Shown here: piece after piece, positions 26,376 to 36,968 of the stretch
Layout of the letters: each line of letters begins with the position of its first letter
Numbering within the stretch: position 1 is the stretch's first letter
Virus record (IMG/VR): IMGVR_UViG_3300027791_000009
Coordinates: 32,001 to 96,000 of that record
Strand: one strand, 5' to 3'
DNA from: a virus
DNA length: 64,000 bases
Program-made: the position numbers and the translations under genes
The notes under the pieces: generated by a model
The model's input: the letters and a program-made list of their open reading frames with translations, nothing else
What the model was told of the DNA's origin: nothing
The model's database searches: none

Positions 26376-29300
26376 ATGCCAAGTCCAACTGACTTTAACC
26401 TCTCGCCGTACTATGACGATTTCTCGGAAGATAAAGCCTTCCATAGAATATTGTTTAGACCAGCATTTGCTGTACAGGCTAGAGAACTAACACAATCGCA
26501 AACGATACTACAGAACCAAATTGAAAAGATGGGTAACCATATCTTTGAGCAAGGTGCTCAAATGATTCCTGGTGAGATTACTTACGATTTACAATACTAT
26601 GCGATTAAGTTAACATCATTTACAGGTACAAGTAATCTAACAGACTTTGTTGGAATAGAAGTAACCGGTCAAACATCTGGTGTTGTTGCGAAAGTAATTA
26701 ATTCAGATGTCGCAACTTCTACTGACCCTGCAACTCTTTATGTAAAATACACTAAAACAGGAACTGGAAATCAAACACCAGACTTTGTTGCTGGCGAAAC
26801 AATTTTAGGTGTACTTAATGGAAGTACAAATATTAGTGGAGTGGTTACAAGTGCTGAAACCGGTTCTGCTGCTTCAGTTGCTTCTGGTACTTACTACATT
26901 AATGGTTATGCTGTTAATGTTTCAAAACAAACAATTGTATTAGACAAGTATACAAACACACCATCTTACAGAGTAGGTCTAACGGTTACTGATAGTATTG
27001 TAACCCCTAACTTAGATGTCTCACTTGTAGACAATGCAGCCGGTTCATCAAACGCAAATGCTCCAGGTGCTCACAGATTTAAAATAGATTTAACTTTATC
27101 TAAACTTACAACGACTTCTGTTGAAGATTCAAGCTTCATAGAGTTATTAAGATTAGAAAAAGGTACTCTCCAGAATAGAGTTAGAACAACTGAATACTCT
27201 ATTTTGGAAGATACACTAGCAAGAAGAACTAGTGACGAAAGTGGCGATTACACAATCAGACCATTTGATTTAGATATTAGAGAACATTTAGATGATACTG
27301 CTGGCAATAGAGGTATCTTTACTGCTGCCGCTGGTGGTGACGCTAACAAACTTGCATTAGGTTTATCTCCTGGTAAAGCATATGTAAAAGGTTATGAAGT
27401 TGATAAAATTGGAACAACTTTTGTTCCTGTAGAAAAACCTAGAAGTTTTGGAAATGAAAATGGTTTCAATACTATCTTTGATGTTGGTAACTTTCTCAAT
27501 GTATCAAATGCTTATAACTCTCCGGACATTAACTTTGTAACCGGTAAGACAGAAGCGTTTAAAGGATTACAACTAAAACTTGCTAGTGAAGCATATACTG
27601 CTGGTAACATACCAACAAATGTTCAAAACAGAGTAAAAGACATCGGTCGTGCTAAATCTAAAGGTTATGAATTTAACGCAACGACAGGTGCTGGCATTTC
27701 AACTGCTTCAAACATATCTCCGTCTTCAAGTAATATATTCAAACATTATCTGTTTGATGTAGAAATGTTTAGTCATATAAAAATTCCAACAAATGTAGTA
27801 TTTACAAATGGTGAAACAATCACTGGTACTACTTCAGGTGCTAACGGTATTAAAGAAAGTGTTTCAACAAATACAACTTCGGCAATCGCTACATCAACAG
27901 CTGCAAATCCAGTAGTTATCACAATGTCTGCTGATTTAGAAGTTTCTGATGGTGACGCAATTACGATAGCAGGTGTCGCAACTCAAACAGAATTAAACGA
28001 CATTGTTTTCTATGTAAGACAAAAAGTTGGTGGTGTTGCAAAAAGAGAATTTGAATTGTATAACGCTGATGATGTTGCCATTGACGGTACAGGACATACA
28101 GGTGCTGGTTCCGGTGGTACTATCACAACATCTTGTGTAGTATTATCAAGTGTACAAGGTCAATTTATACCAGGTGAAACAATCACTGGTGGTACTTCAT
28201 CTAATACTGCTGTAGTAAAAGCAAATGTATTTGGCAATCAAGGTTTCACACATTACGGTTCAAGTGATGTAAAAGAAGTTACCATGGCAGGAAGTCCAGT
28301 ATATACTGCACAAGCTGATTTATCTGCAACATATGGAGAAAATAAAACACTATCTGGTAATATTTCAATTAGTGCTTCAACTTCGGATGTAACCGGTTTC
28401 AACACACAATTTTTAACAGAATTAAAAGTAGGAGATAGTGTTCAGTTTGCAACAACGACTGGTACTATTTTAACTAGAACGGTAATTAACATTGTCAATT
28501 CATCTTCAATCAGACTTGATAGTGCAATTTCAACAACTGCCGTTTCAAACTCATTGATTATAAGAAGAAGAGGAAAATTACAAGACGCAAGTAAAAACAT
28601 TTCGTTGTTCTCTTTACCTTACACAACAATTAAAACATTAAAAACAGCAAACAACTCTGGTATTTCTGATACATCATTTATTGTAAGAAAAACATTTGTA
28701 GGTTCTTTATCTTCAACTGGTGATATTACAATTACTGCAAACACAGGCGAAACTTTTGTTGCACAACAAGAACAAGATTATTCGGTAACTATTATGTCAG
28801 CAGGTGGTTCATCTTCTGCTGGTACAGCTGGTGACAAGATATCTACAACAGGTAATAACCATGAAGGTAATGCTTGTTTCACATTAGGTGGTTCTCCAGT
28901 AGGTCGTTCATTAACTTTAGATTTTGGTGCTAATCACTCTGACCACGAAGTAAAAATTATTGCGACTATATCTAAATCTGCACAAAACGAAAAATCAAAA
29001 AATTTAGTATCAAACTCGACAGCAACTATTACAACTTCAGCAGCTGCAACTGCAAATCATATTTCATTAGGTGTTGCTGACGGATATCAATTAGTATCTG
29101 TTAAAATGGCGGCTGACTTTAGTACAACACCAACTGCAAGTGATACAGACATCACAACAAGATTTACACTTGATAGTGGACAAAGAGATAACTTCTATGA
29201 TATTGCTAGACTAGTAAGAAAAGAAGGTAGCTTGGCACCAAGTGGACAATTATTAATTACATTTAATTATTTCACACACGGTTCTGGTGACTTCTTTAGT

Positions 29301-32300
29301 GTAGATAGTTATTCTGGTATTATTGATTACACAGCAATACCTAGTTATACTTCTGATACTTCAGGAGAAACTTATCAATTAAGAGACACATTAGACTTTA
29401 GACCTAGAGTAGATGACGCAAGTACAATTAACTCTGGTACACAAGATAGAACTTATCCTGCAACAGCTTCAATTGAAGTTGTTAAGTTTAAAACAAATGT
29501 GACCACAGACCACGAATTTTACAAAGGAAGAGTTGATAAACTATTCTTAAATAAAGAAGGTGCCTTTGAAGTACTTAAAGGTGCTGAAGCAAATGTACCA
29601 CAAGAGCCAGGTTCTATTGATAACGCAATGCACCTATACACTCTTTCTTTACCACCGTACACATTGTCACCAGATGATGTATCATACGAGACGGTAGAAA
29701 ATAGAAGATATACAATGAGAGATATTGGTGCTATTGATAAGAAGATTGATAGAATTGAATATTACACTCAATTGTCTCTATTAGAAACTGCGGCTCAATC
29801 TTTACAGATACAAGACGCTGATGGTTTCGATAGATTTAAAAATGGATTTGTTGTAGACAACTTTAACGGTCACGGTATCGGTGAAGTAACCAACGGTTCA
29901 TACAGATGTTCGATTGATTATGCAAAAGGCGAATTAAGACCTTTGTTTAACCAAGACGCTGTAAAACTAGAAGAGATTGACGAAGACGGTACAACATTAG
30001 TTGCTACTGACAGAGCGGCTGCAAACTATCAAAAGTCTGGTGATGTACTAACATTACCATTTACAGAAATAGATTTAATAAATCAACCTTTTGCTTCTAA
30101 AGCAATTAATGTTAACCCATTTGCAATTTTCAGTTGGATGGGAACAATAGATTTAACACCATCAAGTGATGAATGGAGAGAAACACAAAGAACTCCTGAT
30201 TTAGTAGTTAACTCAACTACAGGTGCGTGGGACCAATTACAAAGACAAAGTGGTATTACAGACCAAGATGAAATCTCACTTGGAACGGTATGGAATGAAT
30301 GGCAAACTAACTGGACTGGAAGAGCATTAACATCTTCAACTACAGCTTCAGGTGGAAGATTTATGCGTGGTCGTGCTATTGTACAAAGAACAGAAACTAC
30401 TTCTATCAACCAAGTTAACCAAAGTAGGTCAGGTATTACAACAACTGCCGTACCTCAAACGATAAGAACATCTATGGGAGATAGAGTTGTTAGTGTTGCA
30501 TTTGTACCATTTATCAGAAGCCGTGATGTTGCATTTAAAGCTACAAGATTAAAACCAAATACAAGAGTATTTCCATTCTTTGATAATGTAAATATTGCTA
30601 CTTATTGTACACCAGACGGTGGTTCAGTTGGTGGTAACTTAATTACTGACGGTGCTGGTGCTGTTGAAGGAGTATTCACAATACCGGATCCTAAAGTAAA
30701 TACAAATCCTAGATGGAGAACTGGAGAAAGAACATTTAGATTAACTTCTTCTTCTACTAACTCGCAAGACGCAGCTGCTGTTGCTACTGCGGCTAATGCT
30801 GAATATATTGCAAGAGGATTATTAAATACCGTTAGAGACACAATTGTTTCTACAAGAGAATTTAGAGGTGTACAACAAACGGTTACAGATTCACAAACCA
30901 TTTTACAAACATCTACAAGAGCAGGTACGCAAATTGTTGGTTGGGTTGATCCATTATCTCAAACATTTATGACAGATGAACCTGGTGGAGTATTCATATC
31001 TTCTGTTGATTTATTCTTTTCAACAAAAGACGCAAACATTCCTGTAACCGTTCAAATTAGAAATACGGTTAATGGTTATCCTGGAAGTAAATTATTACCA
31101 TTTGGTGAAGTTTCATTAAATCCAACTGCTGTAAATACAAGTACAGACGGTTCAGTTAAAACAACATTTACATTCCCTGCACCAATATACATACAAGATA
31201 AAGTTGAATATGCAATGACGGTATTGTCTAACTCAAATGATTACAATATGTATGTGGGTAGATTAGGAGAAACAAATATTGGTTCTAATAGAACAATATC
31301 TAAACAACCATATGCTGGTGTTATGTTCAAATCTCAAAACGGTTCAACTTGGACTGCTGAACAAAACGAAGATATGAAATTCACAATGAAAAGATGTGAG
31401 TTTAGTAATGTCGTAGGTACGGTTCACTTAGGAAGTAAAGAACTACCGGCACAAAATATTAAACAAAACGGATTAAGAACTACAAACGGTTCAGGTGTAA
31501 TTAGAGTTTTCTATTCAAATCACAATATGCACGATACTAATTCTGTGGTTACTATATCTGGTGTTCCTTCAGGAACTCTTAACGGTATTGCTTCGACAGA
31601 TATAAACGGAACATATACTTCTATTTCTAATATTACATTAGATAGTTTTGATATTACAACATCAGGAACTGCAAATACTGATGGTGATATCGGAGGCACA
31701 ACAATACTTGTTACCGGTAATAAACAATTTGATGTATTAAATCTAGGTGGTCTACAAACTATGACCGTTCCTGGTACAAACATTGAACCGTTTATTAGAA
31801 CAACATCTAGTAAGTCACTTCACGGTGCTCAAACACCATATTCATTAGTTTCTGAAAGTAATAGACAATCGGTTACATTAGTAGACGATATTTACTTTAC
31901 TGCGCCACAGGCTGTTATGTCTGGACCAAATGAAACAACTAGAATGGCAGGACAAAAATCTTTCTATACTATTATGAAATTATCAACGACAAATAATAAG
32001 TTGTCTCCAGTAATTGATTTAGATAGAAGTAGTGCTTTCTGTGTTGCAAATAGATTAAATAATCCAACTAGTGGTAATACACCTAACTATGTTCCTGAAA
32101 CTACTGCAAAAGGTTCATCAACTGCGTCTCAATATATTACGAAACCGGTTACACTTATTAATAACTCAACTGCATTAGATATTAGATTAACACAAGTTAT
32201 TAGAGATACTTCTAAAGTTGAAGTTTACTTTAGAACAACAAGTGCTGATGAAGTTAGAACTATCGGAGACATTGACTGGACACCTTTCAATGCTGGTGGT

Positions 32301-32477
32301 GTTGAAGATAATTCAGTTTCAAAATCTAAAGATGATTTTGATTTTAAAGAATATCAATATTCACAAGAACAATTGAACGCCTTTACTGCGTTTCAGATTA
32401 AGATTGTACTAAAAGGAACTAATACTAGTTACCCACCAATCTTACGAGACATGAGAGGTATCGCATTAGCGATTTAA
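26376..32477 (+). CDS. large virion structural protein (VrlC / DUF4815-like)
   Basis: FNLSPYYDDF, QARELTQ.Q, APGAHR, RYTMRDIG, RFKNGFVVDNF, DPLSQTF. Confidence 0.85.
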   Translation: MPSPTDFNLSPYYDDFSEDKAFHRILFRPAFAVQARELTQSQTILQNQIEKMGNHIFEQGAQMIPGEITYDLQYYAIKLTSFTGTSNLTDFVGIEVTGQTSGVVAKVINSDVATSTDPATLYVKYTKTGTGNQTPDFVAGETILGVLNGSTNISGVVTSAETGSAASVASGTYYINGYAVNVSKQTIVLDKYTNTPSYRVGLTVTDSIVTPNLDVSLVDNAAGSSNANAPGAHRFKIDLTLSKLTTTSVEDSSFIELLRLEKGTLQNRVRTTEYSILEDTLARRTSDESGDYTIRPFDLDIREHLDDTAGNRGIFTAAAGGDANKLALGLSPGKAYVKGYEVDKIGTTFVPVEKPRSFGNENGFNTIFDVGNFLNVSNAYNSPDINFVTGKTEAFKGLQLKLASEAYTAGNIPTNVQNRVKDIGRAKSKGYEFNATTGAGISTASNISPSSSNIFKHYLFDVEMFSHIKIPTNVVFTNGETITGTTSGANGIKESVSTNTTSAIATSTAANPVVITMSADLEVSDGDAITIAGVATQTELNDIVFYVRQKVGGVAKREFELYNADDVAIDGTGHTGAGSGGTITTSCVVLSSVQGQFIPGETITGGTSSNTAVVKANVFGNQGFTHYGSSDVKEVTMAGSPVYTAQADLSATYGENKTLSGNISISASTSDVTGFNTQFLTELKVGDSVQFATTTGTILTRTVINIVNSSSIRLDSAISTTAVSNSLIIRRRGKLQDASKNISLFSLPYTTIKTLKTANNSGISDTSFIVRKTFVGSLSSTGDITITANTGETFVAQQEQDYSVTIMSAGGSSSAGTAGDKISTTGNNHEGNACFTLGGSPVGRSLTLDFGANHSDHEVKIIATISKSAQNEKSKNLVSNSTATITTSAAATANHISLGVADGYQLVSVKMAADFSTTPTASDTDITTRFTLDSGQRDNFYDIARLVRKEGSLAPSGQLLITFNYFTHGSGDFFSVDSYSGIIDYTAIPSYTSDTSGETYQLRDTLDFRPRVDDASTINSGTQDRTYPATASIEVVKFKTNVTTDHEFYKGRVDKLFLNKEGAFEVLKGAEANVPQEPGSIDNAMHLYTLSLPPYTLSPDDVSYETVENRRYTMRDIGAIDKKIDRIEYYTQLSLLETAAQSLQIQDADGFDRFKNGFVVDNFNGHGIGEVTNGSYRCSIDYAKGELRPLFNQDAVKLEEIDEDGTTLVATDRAAANYQKSGDVLTLPFTEIDLINQPFASKAINVNPFAIFSWMGTIDLTPSSDEWRETQRTPDLVVNSTTGAWDQLQRQSGITDQDEISLGTVWNEWQTNWTGRALTSSTTASGGRFMRGRAIVQRTETTSINQVNQSRSGITTTAVPQTIRTSMGDRVVSVAFVPFIRSRDVAFKATRLKPNTRVFPFFDNVNIATYCTPDGGSVGGNLITDGAGAVEGVFTIPDPKVNTNPRWRTGERTFRLTSSSTNSQDAAAVATAANAEYIARGLLNTVRDTIVSTREFRGVQQTVTDSQTILQTSTRAGTQIVGWVDPLSQTFMTDEPGGVFISSVDLFFSTKDANIPVTVQIRNTVNGYPGSKLLPFGEVSLNPTAVNTSTDGSVKTTFTFPAPIYIQDKVEYAMTVLSNSNDYNMYVGRLGETNIGSNRTISKQPYAGVMFKSQNGSTWTAEQNEDMKFTMKRCEFSNVVGTVHLGSKELPAQNIKQNGLRTTNGSGVIRVFYSNHNMHDTNSVVTISGVPSGTLNGIASTDINGTYTSISNITLDSFDITTSGTANTDGDIGGTTILVTGNKQFDVLNLGGLQTMTVPGTNIEPFIRTTSSKSLHGAQTPYSLVSESNRQSVTLVDDIYFTAPQAVMSGPNETTRMAGQKSFYTIMKLSTTNNKLSPVIDLDRSSAFCVANRLNNPTSGNTPNYVPETTAKGSSTASQYITKPVTLINNSTALDIRLTQVIRDTSKVEVYFRTTSADEVRTIGDIDWTPFNAGGVEDNSVSKSKDDFDFKEYQYSQEQLNAFTAFQIKIVLKGTNTSYPPILRDMRGIALAI

Positions 32478-32481
32478 AATT

Positions 32482-32709
32482 ATGACAAGATTTCTGAAAG
32501 TTGAACAACAAGAATTTTTAATAAGAGATACGGAATCAGGTGGTATCATTAATACAAACTCAAGCGAATATGAGTTGTATATGAAAAGAATACAAATGCG
32601 AAAAGGTAATCTTAACCAAATGAAGTCAATGTGTAGAGAGATAAATAGTTTAAAGCAAGAGTTGTTTGAAATAAAAGATTTAATAAAAAATATGTGTAAG
32701 GATAAATAA
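32482..32709 (+). CDS. small hypothetical protein
   Basis: LIRDTESGGIINT, coiled-coil end. Confidence 0.75.
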   Translation: MTRFLKVEQQEFLIRDTESGGIINTNSSEYELYMKRIQMRKGNLNQMKSMCREINSLKQELFEIKDLIKNMCKDK

Positions 32710-32711
32710 AA

Positions 32712-34013
32712 ATGGCTGTAAGACAGGTAACAGAAACAGATAGTTTAGATAAATTACGAATAGAATTTAACGCATTAGCGTCCTCAGATTTTGGTGATAT
32801 TGCCACTCTGGATGCTACTTTATCTGCTACTTCTGTAATTGGTGCTGTTAACGAAATCAATGGTATTGCAATTGCAGCTGCTGGTTTCACATTAACAGAT
32901 GGAACGAATGTACAAGGTATTGCCTCTGGTAACACATTAACCGTAGCGAGTGGTACAGGTCTTACTGCAACGGTATCAAATCCAGATACATTAACAATCG
33001 GATTAAATACAAACTTAACTGGTCTATCAACAATTGATGTTGCAACAACAGCTGAGATTGCGAACATACAGATTGGTACTTCTTCAATTACTTCTGCAAG
33101 TGGTACAATTGATTTTGGTAACGAACAATTAAATACAACAGGTGGTATATCTGCCGGTGGTACACTTGTTGGTGCTGGATTAACAATCAATGGTGCTTCA
33201 ATGCAATTTGAAGGTGCTACTCCTAATAGTTTTGAAACTACATTACGAGTAGACGACCCATCACAAGATAATGTAATTACACTACCTGACGCTAGTGGTA
33301 CTCTTATTACTTCTGGTGATACGAATACGGTTACACAAACTATGATAGCAGATAATGCTGTAAGTACTTCACAAATTGCTGATAACTCGGTTACGATTGC
33401 AAAACTATCAGGATTTAATTCTGCAACATTAACGGTTGACACTTTAGTTGCAAATACTATTACAGGTACTGCTTCATTATCAAGTGCTGTAGATTTAACT
33501 ACTGAAAATACTCAAAACGCAACAAGATATTTAACTTTTGCTGATAGTACTTCAGGTTCAAATGTTCTAAAAGCAGATTCAGGATTATATTACAATCCAT
33601 CAACAAATATTTTAACAACAACTGCTACATCAGCAAGATATGCTGACTTGGCAGAAAAGTATAAATCTGATAGAGAATATCCAGTAGGTACCGTCTTATG
33701 TATAGGTGGCACAGCTGAGGTAACTATATGTACAGAAAATCATTGCACAAAAGTTATTGGTGTTCAATCAGAAAAACCTGCCTTTATTATGAATGGCAGT
33801 TTAGAAGGTGTTACCTCTACGGTAGCAATGACAGGAAGAGTACCAGTAAGAGTATGTGGTCCTGTAAGAAAAGGCGATATGTTAGTATCTTGTAGTATTG
33901 CAGGATGTGCTAGAGCTGAAGCAGAACCAAGAAACGGTGCATTAATTGGAAAAAGTTTAGTCAATGACGATTCTAACGAAGAGAGAGTTATAGAAGCTGT
34001 TGTTGGTAAATAA
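32712..34013 (+). CDS. fibre/whisker protein with C-terminal intramolecular chaperone-like domain
   Basis: TDSLDKLRIEFN N-terminus; ARYADLAEKY...GRVPVRV.GPVRKGD.LV. Confidence 0.7.
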   Translation: MAVRQVTETDSLDKLRIEFNALASSDFGDIATLDATLSATSVIGAVNEINGIAIAAAGFTLTDGTNVQGIASGNTLTVASGTGLTATVSNPDTLTIGLNTNLTGLSTIDVATTAEIANIQIGTSSITSASGTIDFGNEQLNTTGGISAGGTLVGAGLTINGASMQFEGATPNSFETTLRVDDPSQDNVITLPDASGTLITSGDTNTVTQTMIADNAVSTSQIADNSVTIAKLSGFNSATLTVDTLVANTITGTASLSSAVDLTTENTQNATRYLTFADSTSGSNVLKADSGLYYNPSTNILTTTATSARYADLAEKYKSDREYPVGTVLCIGGTAEVTICTENHCTKVIGVQSEKPAFIMNGSLEGVTSTVAMTGRVPVRVCGPVRKGDMLVSCSIAGCARAEAEPRNGALIGKSLVNDDSNEERVIEAVVGK

Positions 34014-34024
34014 GGAGATATATT

Positions 34025-34504
34025 ATGGACGAACAAACAATCTTATGGATTTCCAGATTAAAAGAAGAAATCCAATCACACACTAGATACGAAGCAAGAC
34101 AACTATTTTACATAGATGAAGAAGGACTTGACCGTGAGGTTAAAGACCATATGTCTTATGGAGAATGGATAAGAGAGTACGATAGATTTAAAACTATTAA
34201 GGTGGAAGGCTTAGAAGATGTAGCCTGGTTAAAAGAAGTTTTAGACGAAGTAGTATTGAATATCACAGGAAAGAAAAGACAAGATATTCATTTATTTGTA
34301 AATCAGAAACCAGGTATTAGTTTTAAAGAACATAAAGATGATAAAGATGTTTACTTATATGTTGTCAAAGGCAAAAAGAAAGTATCTTTAGATGGTGTTA
34401 TTAAACCAGTATATGATGATGAAGGAATATTCATAGAACAAGGTGTAAAACATTATGTTGAAAACGAAGCAGATACTTGGGGGTTAAGTATAGGAGTTAT
34501 ATAA
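34025..34504 (+). CDS. cupin/JmjC-like oxygenase
   Basis: IHLF, SFKEHKDDKDVYLYVVKGKK, IEQGVKHYV (HxD...H). Confidence 0.7.
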   Translation: MDEQTILWISRLKEEIQSHTRYEARQLFYIDEEGLDREVKDHMSYGEWIREYDRFKTIKVEGLEDVAWLKEVLDEVVLNITGKKRQDIHLFVNQKPGISFKEHKDDKDVYLYVVKGKKKVSLDGVIKPVYDDEGIFIEQGVKHYVENEADTWGLSIGVI

Positions 34505-35535
34505 TGAATTGGATGTTTTATTTAAAAACAACCGAAACCTGCAACTTGAATTGTAAACATTGTTTTACTTCAGGTTCAAATGGTCCTAAAGTCTATTGGA
34601 ATCCAGATAAAACCATTAAGTGGTTACAAGATTTCAGAAAATACAATTTTCACAAACACGATACAGCACATTTAGAACTACACGGTGGCGAACCGTTTTT
34701 AGTTCCTGTGTCTGAAATGCAATATGTCTATGAGAACACAAAAGATTTGTGGATTCAACAATCAATGGGCATAACTTCTAACTTAACATTTAAACTAAAA
34801 CAAGAACACATTGACTTCATTAAAGGTCCACTTAAAAATAGATGTGGAACTAGTTGGGATCCTAACATAAGATTTGCAAATGAGAAACAAGCAAACTTAT
34901 GGCGTAAGAATGTAGAGACTTTAATTAGTGAAGGTGTTGATATTAAACTCTTCATATCAGTAACCAAAGACACAATTAGAATTGAACCTATTGAATTACT
35001 TAAATGGGTTAAAGATTTAGGTGTAAAAGAAATGGCACTTGAAAGATTGACTGGAAATGGTAATGCAAACTTGCATCCAGAGATATTTCCTAGAAATATA
35101 GAACAAGATAAGTGGTTTTTAAAAATGCACGAGCAATCTATTCAGTATAACACAAGAGATTGGTTTGATAATGAGTTTTTTGAAACAATTTACTCAAAAT
35201 TTGATACTGGTTCAACAAAAGAAGGCACTTTCTGCCGAGATTGTGAACAAAAACTATTTACACTTAACGCAACTGGCACAATAGGTGGTTGTCCTAATGC
35301 AGCTCCCGAGTTTAATTTTGGAACTATAGATGACCCTCTAGTAGAACTTATAAATAGTCCTAAGAGATTAGAAAATGTTGCTTGTGAAGTAGCAAGAAAT
35401 CCTAAATGCTTTGAGTGTGAAGTATTTAAGTATTGTGGTGGCGATTGTCACCAATTAGCATGGCAAGACGACATATGTGGCGCTCCTAAATCTCTTATGA
35501 AACACTTAAAAAAACAAAGTGAGGCGAAATGGTAA
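34504..35535 (+). CDS. radical SAM/SPASM enzyme 1
   Basis: CNLNCKHC, HGGEPF, CRDC...GGCPN, CFECEVFKYCGGDC. Confidence 0.92.
   Translation: MNWMFYLKTTETCNLNCKHCFTSGSNGPKVYWNPDKTIKWLQDFRKYNFHKHDTAHLELHGGEPFLVPVSEMQYVYENTKDLWIQQSMGITSNLTFKLKQEHIDFIKGPLKNRCGTSWDPNIRFANEKQANLWRKNVETLISEGVDIKLFISVTKDTIRIEPIELLKWVKDLGVKEMALERLTGNGNANLHPEIFPRNIEQDKWFLKMHEQSIQYNTRDWFDNEFFETIYSKFDTGSTKEGTFCRDCEQKLFTLNATGTIGGCPNAAPEFNFGTIDDPLVELINSPKRLENVACEVARNPKCFECEVFKYCGGDCHQLAWQDDICGAPKSLMKHLKKQSEAKW
35349..35356 (+). promoter_or_regulatory. internal late promoter upstream of the putative substrate gene
   Basis: Perfect TATAAATA inside rSAM1, about 170 nt before ATG35529. Confidence 0.45.
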
Positions 35536-36302
35536 CTTTAAACAACCCGATAACAAGTCAAAATATAGTTGATAGATTTGAAGAACTGGTAACAGATGTA
35601 GCAGACCACCATATTGTATGGGGTACTGATAATCTACCAGGACACTCTTCATTTACTTCTGCTGATTTTGGTGGTGTTGTTGACGGATTTGAATTAACAC
35701 TAACAGGTGTGACTGGAACTTATACAGCAGGTGAAACGGTTAACTCTACAATAACTGCAACAACTGGTATCGTAGTTAGTTATTCTAGCAATGTATTAAA
35801 ATTAAGAACAATTAATCCAGGTGCTGGTCAAACAGGATTCTTACAAAACGATATTATATCAGGCACTTCTTCAGGTGCTGTAGGTACGGTTAATACTTTA
35901 GCAGTAATAAGTGCTGTATCAATTGGTATCACAGGTTCTAATATCGGTAATGCAGGTTCAGTAATTACTGCAAACAATATTTACGGTACACTAAAAGCAG
36001 AAATGAATAATTATACTAATATCAAAAATACATACGCTATAGTTAGTATGACAGGTGCAGGAACACAATATTCGGATACACAAATTGCACACTTAACAAC
36101 TGCACAAAGAACAACATTAAATCCATCACAACCTAGTAGTTTACAACCTGGTCAAACAATTGACGATACAAATTTAGAATCGTTTATGTCGAGCCTTGCA
36201 AACGCATATTCTACTGAAAGAGGTAACACTTATACATTAACAAAAACTATATGTCATAGTAGCTGTCATAGTAGTTGTCACGGAAGTAGAGGAAGAAGAT
36301 AA
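35529..36302 (+). CDS. virion-type protein with C-terminal (CHxS)3 RiPP-like core; putative rSAM substrate
   Basis: Thr/Ser/Gly-rich body with a baseplate-like GETV/FLQNDIISG module; ends ICHSSCHSSCHGSRGRR. Confidence 0.75.
   Translation: MVTLNNPITSQNIVDRFEELVTDVADHHIVWGTDNLPGHSSFTSADFGGVVDGFELTLTGVTGTYTAGETVNSTITATTGIVVSYSSNVLKLRTINPGAGQTGFLQNDIISGTSSGAVGTVNTLAVISAVSIGITGSNIGNAGSVITANNIYGTLKAEMNNYTNIKNTYAIVSMTGAGTQYSDTQIAHLTTAQRTTLNPSQPSSLQPGQTIDDTNLESFMSSLANAYSTERGNTYTLTKTICHSSCHSSCHGSRGRR
36252..36287 (+). repeat. three 12-bp tandem repeats encoding CHSS/CHSS/CHGS
   Basis: TGTCATAGTAGC TGTCATAGTAGT TGTCACGGAAGT. Confidence 0.9.
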
Positions 36303-36967
36303 TGATTAATACTATTGTACCGATTGAATTGAAAGACTTAAAAAAATACTTTGAAGATAAGACAGAAAGTTATCTTATTGATTACGAAAACAGCACATTA
36401 AAAGGTGCTCAGTTTCTAACCTATTTAAGTAATTTAGATATACCTTGTGATATATTAAATATGGACGAAGAACTAATTAGTGAATATCTTAACACACAAA
36501 TGTTAGTAAATATACCTAAATTAGAAAAAGAAATAATCGCTGTATTATTTGAACACAAGGGGTTGTCAAAGACAGATAAATATAAGAGTGTTATAGAAAA
36601 GAACAAAGAAATACTTGACAAGTGGGAAGGCAAATTAGAAAGTCTACCATTGTATAATATGTCAATCGTTGGTGAAGGTGCTTTTAATGAATTTGTTGAG
36701 AGTTATCCTAAAGACGAGACAGAAGATGTTAGAGGTATTAACTTTGTTTCATTATTAAAACACAAAGAATTTTATAGTTATTATCAAATACAAAAAGAAG
36801 GTATTGTTAAGAACTATACGAAGTACTTTAAAGATTATATGTTTAAAGGTAAATCTTTATTTGAATATTGGGCGACAGAAAGTAATCCACTATTCTTAAT
36901 GACTTGGGCAATTGCCGAAGGTAAATTTGATACAAAAGAATATTTAAAAGGTAAAGAGAAAAACTAA
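36302..36967 (+). CDS. hypothetical protein in rSAM cluster
   Basis: Coupled to the upstream gene by TAATG; FLTYLSNLDIPCD. Confidence 0.8.
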   Translation: MINTIVPIELKDLKKYFEDKTESYLIDYENSTLKGAQFLTYLSNLDIPCDILNMDEELISEYLNTQMLVNIPKLEKEIIAVLFEHKGLSKTDKYKSVIEKNKEILDKWEGKLESLPLYNMSIVGEGAFNEFVESYPKDETEDVRGINFVSLLKHKEFYSYYQIQKEGIVKNYTKYFKDYMFKGKSLFEYWATESNPLFLMTWAIAEGKFDTKEYLKGKEKN

Positions 36968-36968
36968 T

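Noticed and set aside
32612-33442. Long antisense ORF (276 aa) and many similar minus-strand ORFs within structural genes
   Set aside because: Shadows of the codon bias of Thr/Gly/Ser-rich plus-strand genes; no SD, promoter or motif.
36252-36287. CHSSCH as a c-type heme-binding motif
   Set aside because: Spacing is CxxxCH rather than canonical CxxCH, and the protein has no signal peptide; not fully excluded.
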